Assembly (NCBI GenBank): GCA_043228905.1
Contig: JBHGNT010000007.1
Location: 21,514,001 to 21,578,000 of the forward strand
Origin: Azolla caroliniana
Lineage: Eukaryota; Plantae; Polypodiophyta
Length of the DNA stretch: 64,000 nucleotides
Direction: 5' to 3'
A program made the position numbers and the translations under genes. Below are positions 45,361 through 59,116 of this stretch, in pieces (positions within the stretch are counted from its first letter, which is position 1; each line of letters opens with the position of its first letter). Below the pieces are notes generated by a model that worked only from the letters and a program-made list of their open reading frames with translations, made no database searches and was not told the DNA's origin.

Positions 45361-47838
45361 CATAAGGATGACACCTTATCTCTACCAAACTCCGGCTCGA
45401 ACCCTTGACTTCGATATTGAGAGATGAGATACTTTCGAAATGAGCTCGGTTAATGTCTTAATTGTTAATGTATATTTCTTCTGGATGATTGCTTTATTGA
45501 TCGATTGATTGATGCCTACATGATTCCCTTCCTTCTCCTTATATAGGTGTTCAAATGCATAAGATGCATGTGATGTGTGATTGCCATGAGACACACATGT
45601 GTTGCATATGATGCATGATAGCCATTTTGCTCGTTCAAATCACCATGTATAGAATAGACATAAGATTGAATGATGAGTTTATAAAAAAGCTTATCCCAAT
45701 GGTTCATACTCCGTGCTTGATATGCAAGGCTATAACCTCAAGCCTCACAAATCTTACTTGATATAATATTTAAATTTATTTTTATATCGTGCTTCATGCA
45801 TCGAAGACGAGGGAACGGCAGTGAATGATTGAAACACACATGGAAGGTTTGAGCCTCAAGTTGTCAATCCCCAACCGTTCACATTACTGTGTGAACACTA
45901 GTTGAGCTCCATTCATAGAGGGAGGTGGGACTGACTTGGGGCCAAGTGTACGCAATTGTGTGAACACTCAACAAGCTTTCAAAATGTTTTCAATATCTTC
46001 AAGGGGCATTCACTTGGACTAAACAAACAACACACAAGAGGTGATAGGGTGAAGTGCTCAAGCCCAACCTCAAATCACATGCGGGGTCTTGAATGGGACA
46101 AAAGTTCAAGCCCGTTCTCTACAGTGCTAAACAAAGCATTTGCCTCTCCAAATACTCGATCGACCTCCTTAGCTCGCACGTTATTCTTAACCTCAACAGA
46201 AGTCCACTATCATCGTTTAAGGTTAAGAGTAAGAAATATTAGGAGAAATTCGCTAGTTAGGTTCAACCTACAAGTTCATCAACTAAATAACTATCTCTTT
46301 AAGGTTAAGAGCAAGGGTAACTAGGGGAGTTCACTAGTTAGATTCGATTTCTTTGAAACTCTTTCGATTTCTTCATGTCCCAAAACTTTTAGTAGGCAAC
46401 CCCCAAAAGACAAAAAATAGCGATGAATTTAACCATGCAATTGATAAAAACAATAAAAACGTTTACTTGAGGAAAAGGAGCAATATCATTCCTTGGATAG
46501 CATGTGCATTAGTCCTTTTTTGGGATTTGACTATGAGTTACAATGCACTTGTTTAAAATGCCATCTCCATCACATCATTTTTGTCATTTAATATAATTCA
46601 GCAAAGACGCGGTTTATAGGCATTAAATAACAACAAGATAACACGAACAAAATACCTTAAATGTATTGCAAATCTTACGAGCAAGAGGTTATTAAATGAA
46701 TAGATGAGGACTATCTTCCATTTGAACTTTGCAAAATAATCACATCCTTGTTCCCAATCTTTGCCTCTTTATAGTTGAACGAAAAGATCTACATTATCAC
46801 TCTCCAAATAAAAAATTTGATCAAAATTGCATCTAGGAATGGGGACTGCATCGTAAAATTTGTCACCACACTTCGTACTTGCATATATTCATTCCACTCT
46901 CTTTCCACTTTACATGAAAGCTAACAAAGCTATGCCATTGAATGATGGTACAAAATATTATTATTGACTTGTAAGAAATGTGTTTTACTATTCAATCACC
47001 AATCCACCCAAGGTTGCTTATCAATCGACATTGGTAAAACAAAAACTGTAATTAGAAATTAAGCAAATATTGAAGCCTTGGTGTCACTCTTCAAACCAAA
47101 GAATTCCATTTGTCCTCCGCAAAGATCTTCTTTTGTCATCATCTTCATTAATATCTTTACATTCCATCTTTTTCATGTCCATCTAATTGGATGCTTCATG
47201 AGCCAGCCCATCCCTCTTGAGCCAAGGGCACATCCTAATGAATTATTATTTTTGCTGATTGTCAAATGAATATCACATCCATGTATGCATTAGACATGTA
47301 AGATGGATTTACATGCCTAGAATCAAGGTTGACAAATATGTGGAACATTTAATAACATAGTTAAGCAACATAAACAATATCTTCTTCTCAGTGTAATAAT
47401 CTCCTTGACCATGCATTGCCTGTCTAACATAATCTCTTGTTCAAAATAAAGTTAAGCCATCTTCTCTAGCAATTCATGCTCAATCACTTCCATTTCACAG
47501 TTTAAATGTGGATATAACTCATTGCACTTGAGGGTTTAAATGATCAAATTATTGCAACAAGAAAACAAATGACTTCGCAGTTGCGTTAAGTTTTGACCAC
47601 ATGAAAACTCACCTTTGAGCCTAGGGACCATGTGAATCGATTTACAATTATAATATCCTCATTTCATCATGTATGGTATCGACAATATGGAGAAGTCAAG
47701 TATTATAGTTGTATCCAAAACATTTGAGTGCTAAAATTGACCGAGCACTTACATGCCCAATCTTTTGTCGACTTCATGGTGGTGTTTGATATAGCATGAA
47801 AAAATTCCTGAGGTTTTTATCCTCTTTGGTTCTCTATA

Positions 47839-49944
47839 CTATGCAGCAGTTTCAATATCTGCATAGATATTGGACATTAACACATATGCTGCCTCTTCAC
47901 CAGGCTCTAGAAGAACTGCACGGGAAAATACTTCTTTCCCAAACTCAAGATTACCATGTATTCGGCATGCCCCTAAAAGAGATAACCATACATTTAGATC
48001 GGCCTTCACATGTATAGTCCTCTTTACATTAAGCATGTCTTCAACTCTCCTGAAGTCCCCCGCTCGGCCAAGCAAGTCTACGATACTTCCATAATGTTTA
48101 ATATCAGGTTTTAAACCATGAACTTTAACCATGAACTCAAGACAATTGAGGCCTTGGAGGATATTTCCAATGTAGCCACATGACAAGAACAATGCAGCGA
48201 ATGTGACCTCATCCGGCTCCACCCTTGCATGAAACATCATCTCTTCAAATGTCCTAAAGCTTCTCACTTGTGAATGATTTTCTCCTCCATGTGCATGTCC
48301 ACCAATGCAAGCATTCCATGACACTATATTCGGATCAATGCATCCATCAAAGATTTCTTGTGCATCAGGCATGTTTGCACAACCCCCATATGCATGAATA
48401 AGACAAGCTTGTACTGTAAAAAGCTGCTCATGTCCAGATGAAACAATCTTGAAGTGTATTTGTTTGCAAAGTTCGTAGCTCCCGGTTTCACTACAGGCTT
48501 GAAGAACACATTTCAATGTGACTACATCAACTGGACCATAACAATGTTGCATCATCTGCCCATATACTTCTAATGCCTTAATTCCTTCACCTTGCTCGAC
48601 ATAAGTGGAGAGCATCGATGTACACAATACTACATTATGCCGAGATAATGAAAGAAACAGAAGTTCTGCCTCCGTCATCGCCCCACATTTCCCATACACA
48701 CTCACAAGGGTAGAATTAATACTCTCATTGCTACCATATCCCATCCTACACACATCTACATGCAATGCTTGGCCAATTTCCAAACAGATTCTTTGTTTCA
48801 TCGACAACTCGCTTCCATGTGTATTTTCTTCTGCCAAGAGAAGACCACATGCTTGAATAGCAACCATAAATGTCACCTCATTTGGTGTAAACCCTTCCTT
48901 ATGCATCTGCCTATATAATACCAGAGCTTTCGCACCCTCCCCATTTTCAATGTAGGCAGAAAGCATTGAAGTCCAAGAAACAGCATTGCGACACACTATC
49001 GATATGAACACATTCTCAGCTTCAACCAAAGCCCCACACTTCCCATACATGCTCACGAGAGTAGTCGCCACAAGGATATCCGATGTATAGTCTTTCCTGA
49101 GTGCAACAGCATGGAACGCCCTTCCAATGTCAAGATACATTTGCTTCATGTTTATATTCCCTATTGCCGAATTGCTTTGTTCCTTCTCCTCCTCCTCTAC
49201 CACCATGGTGCCACACGCTTGAACCCCAAGCATGATCGTAACTTCATTCACGAGATTCTTTGTATTCTTCTCTCCCATCATTTGCCTATACAACAATAAA
49301 GCCTTCTTTCCACTACCATTCTCAACGAGTGTGGAGAGGGTTGCATTCCAAGACACGGTTGTGGGGCTACAAAGATTGGAGAACACATGCTCGGCTTTAG
49401 AAACATCACCACATTTCCCATACATACTCAAGATGGTGTTAGCCACAAAGACGACGGAATCAATTCCCCTGTTTCTAGCATCACAATGAAACCTCTTGGC
49501 TAGAGCAAGGTCTCCGATGTTCCCACATGCTCTGAAGAGGGCGACGAACGTGTAACTGTCGGGCAGGATGCCATCATTGTGCATGGATCGGTAGGCAGCG
49601 AGGGCACCATGGGGGGAGCCAAGGTCGGCATAGGCAGAGATGATGGCGGTCCACGAGAAGACCGAGCGTGCGGGCGGAGGCAAGAAGCTCGACACATGGA
49701 CGGCATCCTCAACCGAGCCACACTTGGCTAGGGCCACAACCAAGTAGCTTCCTACCAGGGAATTCGACAATATGGCAGAACCGTGGTTAGGGCTGCTTAC
49801 GATATGTGCCTGGATTTGTTTCGCTTTCTCGAGGGATTTCTTGTCGATGCATTGCTTAAGAAGGCGGAGGAGGCCGCGGCGGTGGCGAGGGCAGGGGCTG
49901 CAGTGATGTTGTCTACTAGAGGAGGAGGAGAATTCATATTCCAT
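47839..49944 (-). CDS. PLS-class pentatricopeptide repeat protein (organellar RNA-editing-factor type) ending in a truncated E domain, no DYW; 701 aa, intronless
   Basis: Repeated P-L-S triplets (VFSWTAIISAY; PDSYTFVALFRACG; VANTILSMYGKCG). Ends with HYGSIVDLLGRAG...WLSLLGACRIHGNLE...AAYVLMSNIYA then a stop. Confidence 0.92.
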   Translation of the reverse strand: MEYEFSSSSSRQHHCSPCPRHRRGLLRLLKQCIDKKSLEKAKQIQAHIVSSPNHGSAILSNSLVGSYLVVALAKCGSVEDAVHVSSFLPPPARSVFSWTAIISAYADLGSPHGALAAYRSMHNDGILPDSYTFVALFRACGNIGDLALAKRFHCDARNRGIDSVVFVANTILSMYGKCGDVSKAEHVFSNLCSPTTVSWNATLSTLVENGSGKKALLLYRQMMGEKNTKNLVNEVTIMLGVQACGTMVVEEEEKEQSNSAIGNINMKQMYLDIGRAFHAVALRKDYTSDILVATTLVSMYGKCGALVEAENVFISIVCRNAVSWTSMLSAYIENGEGAKALVLYRQMHKEGFTPNEVTFMVAIQACGLLLAEENTHGSELSMKQRICLEIGQALHVDVCRMGYGSNESINSTLVSVYGKCGAMTEAELLFLSLSRHNVVLCTSMLSTYVEQGEGIKALEVYGQMMQHCYGPVDVVTLKCVLQACSETGSYELCKQIHFKIVSSGHEQLFTVQACLIHAYGGCANMPDAQEIFDGCIDPNIVSWNACIGGHAHGGENHSQVRSFRTFEEMMFHARVEPDEVTFAALFLSCGYIGNILQGLNCLEFMVKVHGLKPDIKHYGSIVDLLGRAGDFRRVEDMLNVKRTIHVKADLNVWLSLLGACRIHGNLEFGKEVFSRAVLLEPGEEAAYVLMSNIYADIETAA

Positions 49945-50273
49945 TTCTCAATGCTCCTCCTCCTAGCCATATCAGCCTATTCAGCACTGGCATGCAACCA
50001 AAAAACCCTATTGAGTACCCAAGCACAGGGGGTGTTCTCAGGTTCATTATATATACCCAGTAAATTACAGAGTATCTTGGTGTTTGGCCCTACTGTTTGT
50101 TGTTTCCATATTCCTTGTTTGAACATCTTTTGGTAATGTTGACAAAGCTTCCCCTACAAATAGTTACTCAATATAACTGATTGTCATTCCTAATGAATAG
50201 AAATCTATGTAGAGGTTCATGTAAAGATGTGTTCATGTGGCCGGTTTGTTGAAGGCTATGCCTTGATATTTCG

Positions 50274-50378
50274 TACATGAGTGGTATTTCGAACATCATA
50301 CTTTTGAATCAAGGTGAACAAATTCATACATGAGTGGTATTTTGGACATCGTACTTTTGAATCAAGGTGAACAAATTT
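50274..50378. repeat. Tandem duplication, ~53 bp
   Basis: tacatgagtggtatt...acttttgaatcaaggtgaacaaatt occurs twice. Confidence 0.75.
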
Positions 50379-51493
50379 TTAGCCTTGACAAAGTCTTTAT
50401 GGCATGTTATGGAAATTGTGGTCATGTAAAACCTCTGAGAGATCTTATCATGGTTCCAATGTTGGCTATATGCAATTCATGACTGCCTAGAGCCATTTGT
50501 GTATGTTATCCATGGATCTATATGATAGCCTCCATAGACATTCTTGAAGACTCTATTTGTTGTACCTACAAAGGAGGGTTTTAAAGAACCTGAAAGTAGT
50601 TTTGGCTGTGTAACTCCCTCTGATTATTATGGCTCTACATCATGCCATTGTCAGATAACAAAGTTCTATGAGTGTATCGCATTACATGTTTGTATGGTTT
50701 TTCATTACTCAACAAAGCATTGGCCTGAAGAGTCTACATTATGTATATTAATACAATGGCTACATGATTTGCAACCCCCCACAATTCTGTACTATTTAAT
50801 TATGCTCCATGATATCATGAAGCTTGTCAGACTAAATATGTTATACCATATCGGTTATGTGAAACAGGTATTGTGATATGCAGCTGTACTGTAATTACAT
50901 GATCTACACATTCAATTATGCTGAATTGCATCCCCAGCTTTATTCAAATCAAAATACACAGTGACAGTACATCTAGCAGTCCGCTAGTTCATACTCATTG
51001 TGTAAAATACAACATTTCCTTGTCATAAAGAATTATGAAAAGATTTTATCTGTCATTAAATCATTCTAACCCTATTTTCCTTGCATTTTATAAGACACAA
51101 AAAAGATGAGAATGACTGCCACTACTAAATGAAAGTTTGGCAGCAACCTGCAGATGGTGCTAAGAAAGGCATGATCTCCGAATATTCTTAAAAATGTACC
51201 ATTTTTTTAATCCAGGTTGCAGAAAAACCAAGAATATTGATTCATAAATGAGGGGAAACTATTCATTTCAGATACTCTCAAGTCAATGATTCCTGATCAG
51301 GGAACACGTTGACAATCTTCTGAAATGTTCCGATCTGATGTGCTCTTGGTCTTGAATGTATTGGATGGAGAATCCAGAGCACAAAGAAAGCATAAAAATC
51401 AAACTATTTTATATAACATCGTGTATATCACTGATGCAAATACATCTAATCCCCTCAACAAATGCTGCGTAGTAACAGCATCATCATTTACAA

Positions 51494-54400
51494 TCACCAT
51501 CCTTTGTCTCCTCCAGCTTCCGCAGGCTGTCCCCATCCATCATCTGCAGCAGTATTAGAACTTTTACCAGTATTTTCTTCGGCCCACCCACTGTTGCTAC
51601 TGATCACAGGGGCTGCTCCCCAGCCATGGTTAGGTGTTGAATGACCCCGACCATCATCACCACCTCTTTCTCTATCAGACTTACTCGTTTGAGATGCCAT
51701 CCATCCACCACCAGACTTTTCTTGTCCCCAGCTACCTCTGTTGTTATGCCCCCCACCACCATCTTTTCTCCCTTCACCTCCACCATTTCTCCCTCCCCTC
51801 AACCCAAACCTTCCTTCACCTTTAAAACCTCCCTCCCCTCTTCCTTCCCTCCCCCTTCCACCACCTCTTCCCCTCCCACCATGGTGTTCATGCTGTTCTC
51901 TCCCCCATCCATCTCCTCCACCCTCGTTTGCTCCTCTTCCCCACCCCTGATTACTCCAATCCATTGCTGGCGATAGAGGGGCCCTTGAACCAGCTCTTTC
52001 CCAATTATTCCGATCAGAAATTTTTGATCCATTCCAGCCACCTCCTTCCCAACCTGAGCTTGTATGCCTCTCTGTCCCTCCCCAACCTCCAGGCCCTGGT
52101 GCAGGACTTTTCATTGGTACCATAGCAGCAAGCGATCTGTTAGGCTCCACTACAATAGGATCATTGACATGCTTCTGGAAGTAGCCCACCAGTTTATCGA
52201 TATTCTCAAACATCCTTTTCCTAAACCTGTATCCCTTTGGATATAAACTTATGTATTCATGGTGAACATTTGAACTTCTTAGATACGATAACATGAAGGC
52301 CCCTGGATGCTCAAAGGAGACTGAAAACCCATATGCAATTCGGAGAGGATTCTGTGACTTTTCTTGTTTTAGCAGCGCATCTGTTTCTTCCCTTTTCCCT
52401 CGGCGGAACTTCCGATAGCGTAGCATTTCCTTCAGATTACTAACAAGAGGATCCACATAACAAGCAATCACCTGTACACACTACCCTTCATCAGCATTTG
52501 AGAAGGTACCAAGTTATTGATATTACTTGCATCCATTTAATTCCTCTCGCACATTTCTTAATTGCAGAAAAGCAAATTTACAAAGGTAACATTTGAATTT
52601 TGATATCACAGAAAGGGATAGTGAGCATCAGAAGAGTTTCAAATTCTCCTGGAATAGGTAATACCAAAGCACGAAACAAAGTTTGGATGTATTTCCCAGC
52701 ACATTCCATTCTCCCATACAAAAACTAACCATGTCATGACAACTAATATCTAACTAAACATGCAAACGACTTGCATAACTGAAAAGTGAATGTGATGTCA
52801 GTTTTAGGAACTCAAATTCAAAACATAATGCATGGCATGATAACTTTGCAAATAGATTATGTGAGTTGCAAAATTTTGGGAATTCCCCCTATCTCTTAAT
52901 ACATAGACATATCATACACACGCACCTCATCAAGATCTTCAAATGTCTCCTCCCCAATCTTTAAGGTTTTCCCAAGGCTCAGAAAACTTCTAACATCTTT
53001 GCTATCTTTTCCGCCTTCCAAAATATCTATATGAGTATACACGCCATCATAAAATTTGAGCGTAACAGACAAATGTGTAGGTCCTTGGCTACTTGGACGA
53101 ATGATTATTTCCCCCACATCCTTTTTTGCCAATGCCTGCAGATCCAGTAAAAAAATGTCTAAGCAGATAAGATGACCTATGACAATAAAAATATATATAT
53201 AATCCTCTTTCGGAATAATGTACCTCTATGGCATCTGCCATGGATACATTTTGAAATTGGGGATGCACAATCATACGAGGCTTGAACGACTTCCTCTTCT
53301 CATCATCCTTCGCTTTCTTTGCTTTTTCTTTCTCATTGTGTGAATTCAAAGCTTCTTGAGAGAAATATGGCTCTTTCATTCGAATCTTTCCCCAATCATC
53401 TGTCCTCATGATAGCACCTTTACAAGTCAAATCAACAGAGTAGAAGCGAGGTGGCTTAGAATCTTTTGATTCTCCCACAATGATGCTTTTCTTGATATTC
53501 TTGATTCTACATGTAATCATACTCCCAACAGCGACATGATCCCTCAGGTCAAGATCTTTGTCGGGGTCAGATTCATCAGAGAAGTCATCCTTCTGTATAA
53601 ATCCAGGCAGACCATTACCCATGTCACACTTAATTCCTCTTGGTGTTACTTCCTTCACGCTCACAGTTACCAGCCTACCCACTCCCATCGTGTCATCGTT
53701 TTCCCCAGTCATAAGTGTGAACAGTTCTTCTTCACTTGGAGAACGGTACGGGTAGCGCCACTCCTTGTACCCATGCAGAAGTTCATTAACTATATCCTGC
53801 AAAGTATAGAACTTTGAAATCCCATCTCTTTCTTCAACCATGTCAGAATACTTCTTGACATCCACATTCGTCAAGAGGACAGGATTGTCCTTGACATGCT
53901 CCACAGCCATTTCAAGAATCTCTTCCTCAACCTCTTCATGGTTTGCCTCCTGATGTTCAGTGTAGGCAGTTTCTGCCATATTCTTGGCAAGCTCGTAGGA
54001 CTCTGGATGAATCCGTGTATCATCCAATGGATCCATTATCTGATTTGCAGAAGCAGCTTGTCCACTATTGCGGATACGAAGAAATGCACATGCATTAATA
54101 AACACGGTTTTCTTCATTAGCCGAAGTGAGATAAGCATCTCCTTTCTTGTGGAAATCCTCCCCACTCCCTGAATTGAACGCTGAATAGCTGATGCTTTGC
54201 GAGCCCCAAGACCACAGACAAATTGTAATGGTGCAAATAGCCATTCATGAGCTGCAGCCATATTGATATCCACTCCCACCTGATTGGTAACACTAACCAT
54301 GACTTGCTGTATAACATCATACCTCTCATCATCAGTGAGAAAACTCTGCATCTTATGAAGAGTACATGATAGTATCTCCCTGTTGGGTCCGCACAAAGAC

Positions 54401-57400
54401 GCCACCATTGCTAAGGGATTCTGAAGATACCTTCCCAAATAAGTAGCTCGTCTTACAATCCCTAAAATTCAAAAATAGGTTACTAAGCATGGAAGAGAAA
54501 AGTGATTAGTTTACTGAATACATCGGACCATTTCGTACCTGGTTGACCTGGAAGTTGCTCCTTTGATATACTTGAAGCTTCATAGATACGGGCTAATGAC
54601 TCGTCCACAAGGTCTTTACTTACATTCTCTAGACCAGCTCCATCTTCCCCAAGTTCCTGGGGATGGTCCTCTACAATATTCCAGATTGCCTGTATGCACA
54701 AAACTGAATTTTTAAGAGCACAAGAAATTTTAGACCCATCTTGAGAAATGCTCTTTGATTACTAAAGAGTTAAGGTGGGGCAGCATAGAAAAACCTTTGT
54801 GATTTCTTTTCTCAAAGTCAATGATCTTTGGCCTGCAGCACCCACCACCACTATTTCTGGTTGATACTCTATCAAAAACTTTGAAAGCCGCTGAAGATCG
54901 TTATGTTTCCTTGGATCATTTTCACCACTTTGGGATTCAGAGACCAAATGTGGTGTGTAGAGGGTATTAAGAACCTCACCAGAAGAGTCTAGCATCACAA
55001 ACGTTGTAGGAGGTTTCAGAGAGCCACCATAACAAGCAGCCAGAACCCTTGGTGCTTCATCATCACCAGCATGATCTTCATGTTTATTTCCCCATGGAGC
55101 AGTGGCTACTTTATTCCATAAGGAACTTCCACATTCTCTTGAAACCCACTGTTTTCCCTGTATGGTCAAGAGCATCCGTACCTCTTTCTCAATCAATGGT
55201 AAAAGCATATTTGTGACCACATCGGTAATGATCTGTCTTCGTTGCTCATTCCATAATTGAGCAGTTCTGCTCACACCATCACTTAGATAATATGTTTCAA
55301 ATTCTTGCATAATTGATGAGTCTAGTACATCCTTTGGTAAACTAACAGTGACCTCTATAAGTTTTTCCTCTTCCGCCTTCTGTATTATCAGCCACTGACC
55401 ATCCTCGAATGCATTGACTGGTTTGTCAACAATCCACTTCACAATAGCATAGTCATGATATGCATCTATGACAGAGTTTCCTTCTTTTGTTGGCTTGGTG
55501 TTCACTACCGCTTTTTCTAGGAATATGTTCCGAATGTATTCGCGAACAGCAGGGTCAGCGCTAATCTCTACTGCTGCCTGCGTGTATATAGAAAATCATG
55601 TCACTACAAAACATAACAGCACATAAGAATCAATATGCATTTCATCATTATTGCAGACCATGTGCCGTGCTCCACGAAGCACAGACTGTGGATCCATCCC
55701 CTCTCTTTGTATATGTTCCGATGCTACATCTTCTGGCATTGATGATGAATCCTCAACTTCATGCCTCTGAAAAAAGAAAGAGGAGAAAATGTTCATCACA
55801 CCCAATGTATATATATACATACACACACAGATAGAAAACTACTATTTTCTTCACAAAATAGATGATTTGTAACCTTATAGAATGCTTGTAAGTTTTCACC
55901 AAATTGCTCTGCTGTGAGCCCAAACTGTTTAGCTATTACACCGAATCCATCCTTTCGGTAAATGTTGTATGATGACCTGCGCTTCGGTCTCTTAAACTGG
56001 CCTTGTTTAATTTCTTCATCTGGCGGGAAGTAAAGATTGTATTTTGCATCCACATCATCCACTGCTGCCTGAGATCGAGCTTCCTGCAGAGAACCAACCA
56101 ATCTCTTCAACAAATCAAAGTCTGCAGTGTCCTTCTCCTCCTCGAAACAAGCCCTCTTCTCATAGGCTTCGGTAAGGACATCCTTTCTGCGCTGAAGTGA
56201 CCACCATCTTTTATCCATTGCAAAGATCTGCCACAGTAGCTAATGTACAGCATGGGGGAAGAAAATCAGAATTTGATTCTTTCAACTAGGATATAGAAAG
56301 AATCGTATCATGAAGCCAACCTTGAAATCTCTCAGATTTGTTTGTTCTTTGTAGCCTTTTACTGGTACAGGATCACCCACAAGATGAATGCATCCTTCTT
56401 TACGATACATTCCAATAAAAGGTATCTATGACAGAGAAGATCAAATAGCAGTTCTTACTTCTTTACACACAACAAAATGCTACGAATGCTGGAACCAAAA
56501 TGCAATGTTTTACATATAACATAACACACTATCAGTATTTATTGCATTGTCTACCTCTAACTTATAGTCATGAAGCTGCGTCAAAACAAACTCGATTTCG
56601 GGCACAAATATTTTACGAATTCTCTCTGCCACCTTCCTTTGAATCAGTTCCTTATCTCTGATATCCAACTCTGACGCAACTTCTTGTCTTACCTCTTCCC
56701 TCGCCTTCGAAATAATGATCTCACAGTCGCTTGGCAATATTTTGAAAGGGAACCCAAAACATTGATCATAGATCCACTCTGCTTCTTCAATATTTGGTTC
56801 TTTCACAGGTATGGGACCAGTAACTTCTTCCAGAAGCTGTATGAAGAAAAGAAAAACAAGAATAGAAAATGATTTAGACAAATCACTGTTTATTTCAGTT
56901 ATACAAGTGCATAAAAAACACCACTCACTTGCAACCTCTCCGGCATATCTATTTCTCTTATGCGGTTATCCTTCTCAGTCATGTACTTTTCCTCCAATAC
57001 ACTAGGCTCAAACTCATCTTCGAGTTTCTTCTTAGAAGACCTGCCAAGGCGATATCCTTCATCATCAGCTTCCTCGTCAAGCTGGTCAGAATTAAATCCA
57101 GACTTCCTCCGATCCAACAATTCTGTCACATCACCAAAGATCTCTTGTGCTTCTTGTAAAGCCATTGAAGATATCCCCGTTGCCTTTGATGGACCTCTTC
57201 TGCGTGTCTTGCTTCGTCTGCCATTCACGCATACATTACAAACAAGACGCAGAAAAACACAGAATATCTATATCTATATCTATACATAAATCCTATCTAA
57301 ATGCACCTCTAGTGTGCATACTAATCTGACAGTATACCTGACAGGTTGACCATTTTCATCGATATCTATATCTATATCCATATCTACATAAATCTTATAT

Positions 57401-59116
57401 AGATGCACCTCTAGTGTGCATACTAATCTGACAGTATACCTGACAGGTTGACCATTTTCATCAATATCTTCCTCATCAACAATGAAGTCCGCCATTTCAT
57501 CCTCTTCCCCAATGTCTTCTTCCTCTTCTTCTACTTCCTCCTCTTCCCCAATATCTTCAGGAGGTGCTGCTGCTTTCAATGTATGTCCAATAGAGACAAA
57601 GATTAAGATAATGAAAACATGTGTTCTAAAGGCAGATGTCACGATTTTCAAATAAGTGATTAAAAATTACCCAACTAATTACATGTAACAACTTCTGTGT
57701 CCCTGAGGAAGTTGGATACTCTAGAAAGTTTTTATCTATTTTGATTTTCCTAGGTTTTATCATTAAGATAGAAATATGAGCTGCCTGCATTTTATTAATA
57801 AGTTCTATTGCTAAATCATTTTCAAAGTGCAGAAGTACACCTAGGAGATCCAGAACCATCAAAAGATTTGGTTTTCTTTTACAGTTCGAATTTGTGAACC
57901 TGACGTAATTATAGTGAGAATAAGAAAGTAAGCTATTATAAGCTAATAACTTCACAGAATTCCGCTCCAATGCTTGGAAATAATATTCCAATATTTTTGC
58001 ATGTTTACCATTACTAGTATGAATAGGACATCACCTAACAAAAGTTATTTTAAGGTAATACCTTCACCATTACCCAACAACTTACACTTGGAAGAACAAA
58101 GCTAATCTATTTACTATAAGTTAATACCTTCACCATCACCAAACAAAGTGCGTTTGAGCTCTTCCTCTGCATTTCGGCCATGCCTGGTGCCTTCTTCCAA
58201 ATCCTCGTCATCTGAGAATCCAGTTTGCACAGCCCCACTCGAGACTTTACCAGCCTTCTTCAACCTCTTGAACTTGGTCTTGTTGCTCTGCTGCAAACAA
58301 AAATACTTGCATTACTTGATATAAAATCATTGTCGAGAAACCTCAGATCATGTTTCAGAATTACACTAAAATGCACATATAAAAAGAAAAAGTGATTAAT
58401 CCTAACCCTTCGGAAACCAGTCACATTTGCTTCTTGTAGGAGTTCATAATCATCTTCATCAAGCTCGTAGTTTTCTTCTGCATCTCTGAAGACCAAATAT
58501 ACGGAATTTTCACCAAAACTGGAGAGATCCATACTGAATTATATTTTCTTAATCTTCGCCAAAACTATAACTCACCTTTTCTTCCTTTTCTTCTTCTTTG
58601 CCTTGGCCTCTTCATCGCTGCTTTCTTTAGCTTCCTCCTCCTCCTCTTCTTCCTCCTCCACATCATCAACTATGAAGTCATCTTTCTCATACTCGTCTTG
58701 CCCCTCTTCTTCTGAGTAGGATCATTGAATGAACGACAGAAAGGACAAGAATTCACATCCACAATAGAACGAAAACAAGACGGAAAAAGAAAAAAAAAAA
58801 CATATTCCCCACAGCGAAAAAGACGGGGACTCTCTTTACCTTCTTCATCGTCTTCTTCATCTTCTGCAACAGCCTCGTTGTCTTCGACGTCCTCTTCTTC
58901 GTCCTCATCCTCTCGTTCTTCAATCTCCTCCTCTGAAAACAGGGAAAGAAAAGGGAATTTGCAATGAAGAAGAAGAAGAAGATCTCAAGGCGGATGAAAG
59001 CAAAGGAAACAAGACCAGACAATCGGAAAAACAGAACAGAAACATATAGATAGAGGGGGGGGGAGAGAATTATTTTGAATCCTACCTTCGTCAGAGCTAA
59101 CGGTGCGAGCTCCCAT
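51494..59116 (-). CDS. SPT6: Transcription elongation factor / histone chaperone SPT6 (SPT6L type with GW/WG tail), ~1713 aa, 16 exons
   Basis: Exons (-): 59116-59086, 58932-58840, 58711-58576, 58485-58407, 58290-58128, ~57569-57440, 57217-56929, 56836-56555, 56425-56321, 56239-55874, 55766-55659, 55577-54795, 54689-54539, 54461-53224, 53135-52926, 52471-51494. All introns are GT-AG and phase-consistent (5142 nt). Motifs: acidic N-terminus [48 protein letters not shown]1 domain, tandem SH2 and GW repeats. Confidence 0.95.
57262..57470 (-). repeat. 102-bp tandem duplication spanning the SPT6 exon-6 donor
   Basis: GAAAATGGTCAACCTGTCAG|GTATACTGTCAGATTAGTATGCACACTAGAGGTGCAT occurs with exon ends at 57440 and 57338. 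Confidence 0.9.
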
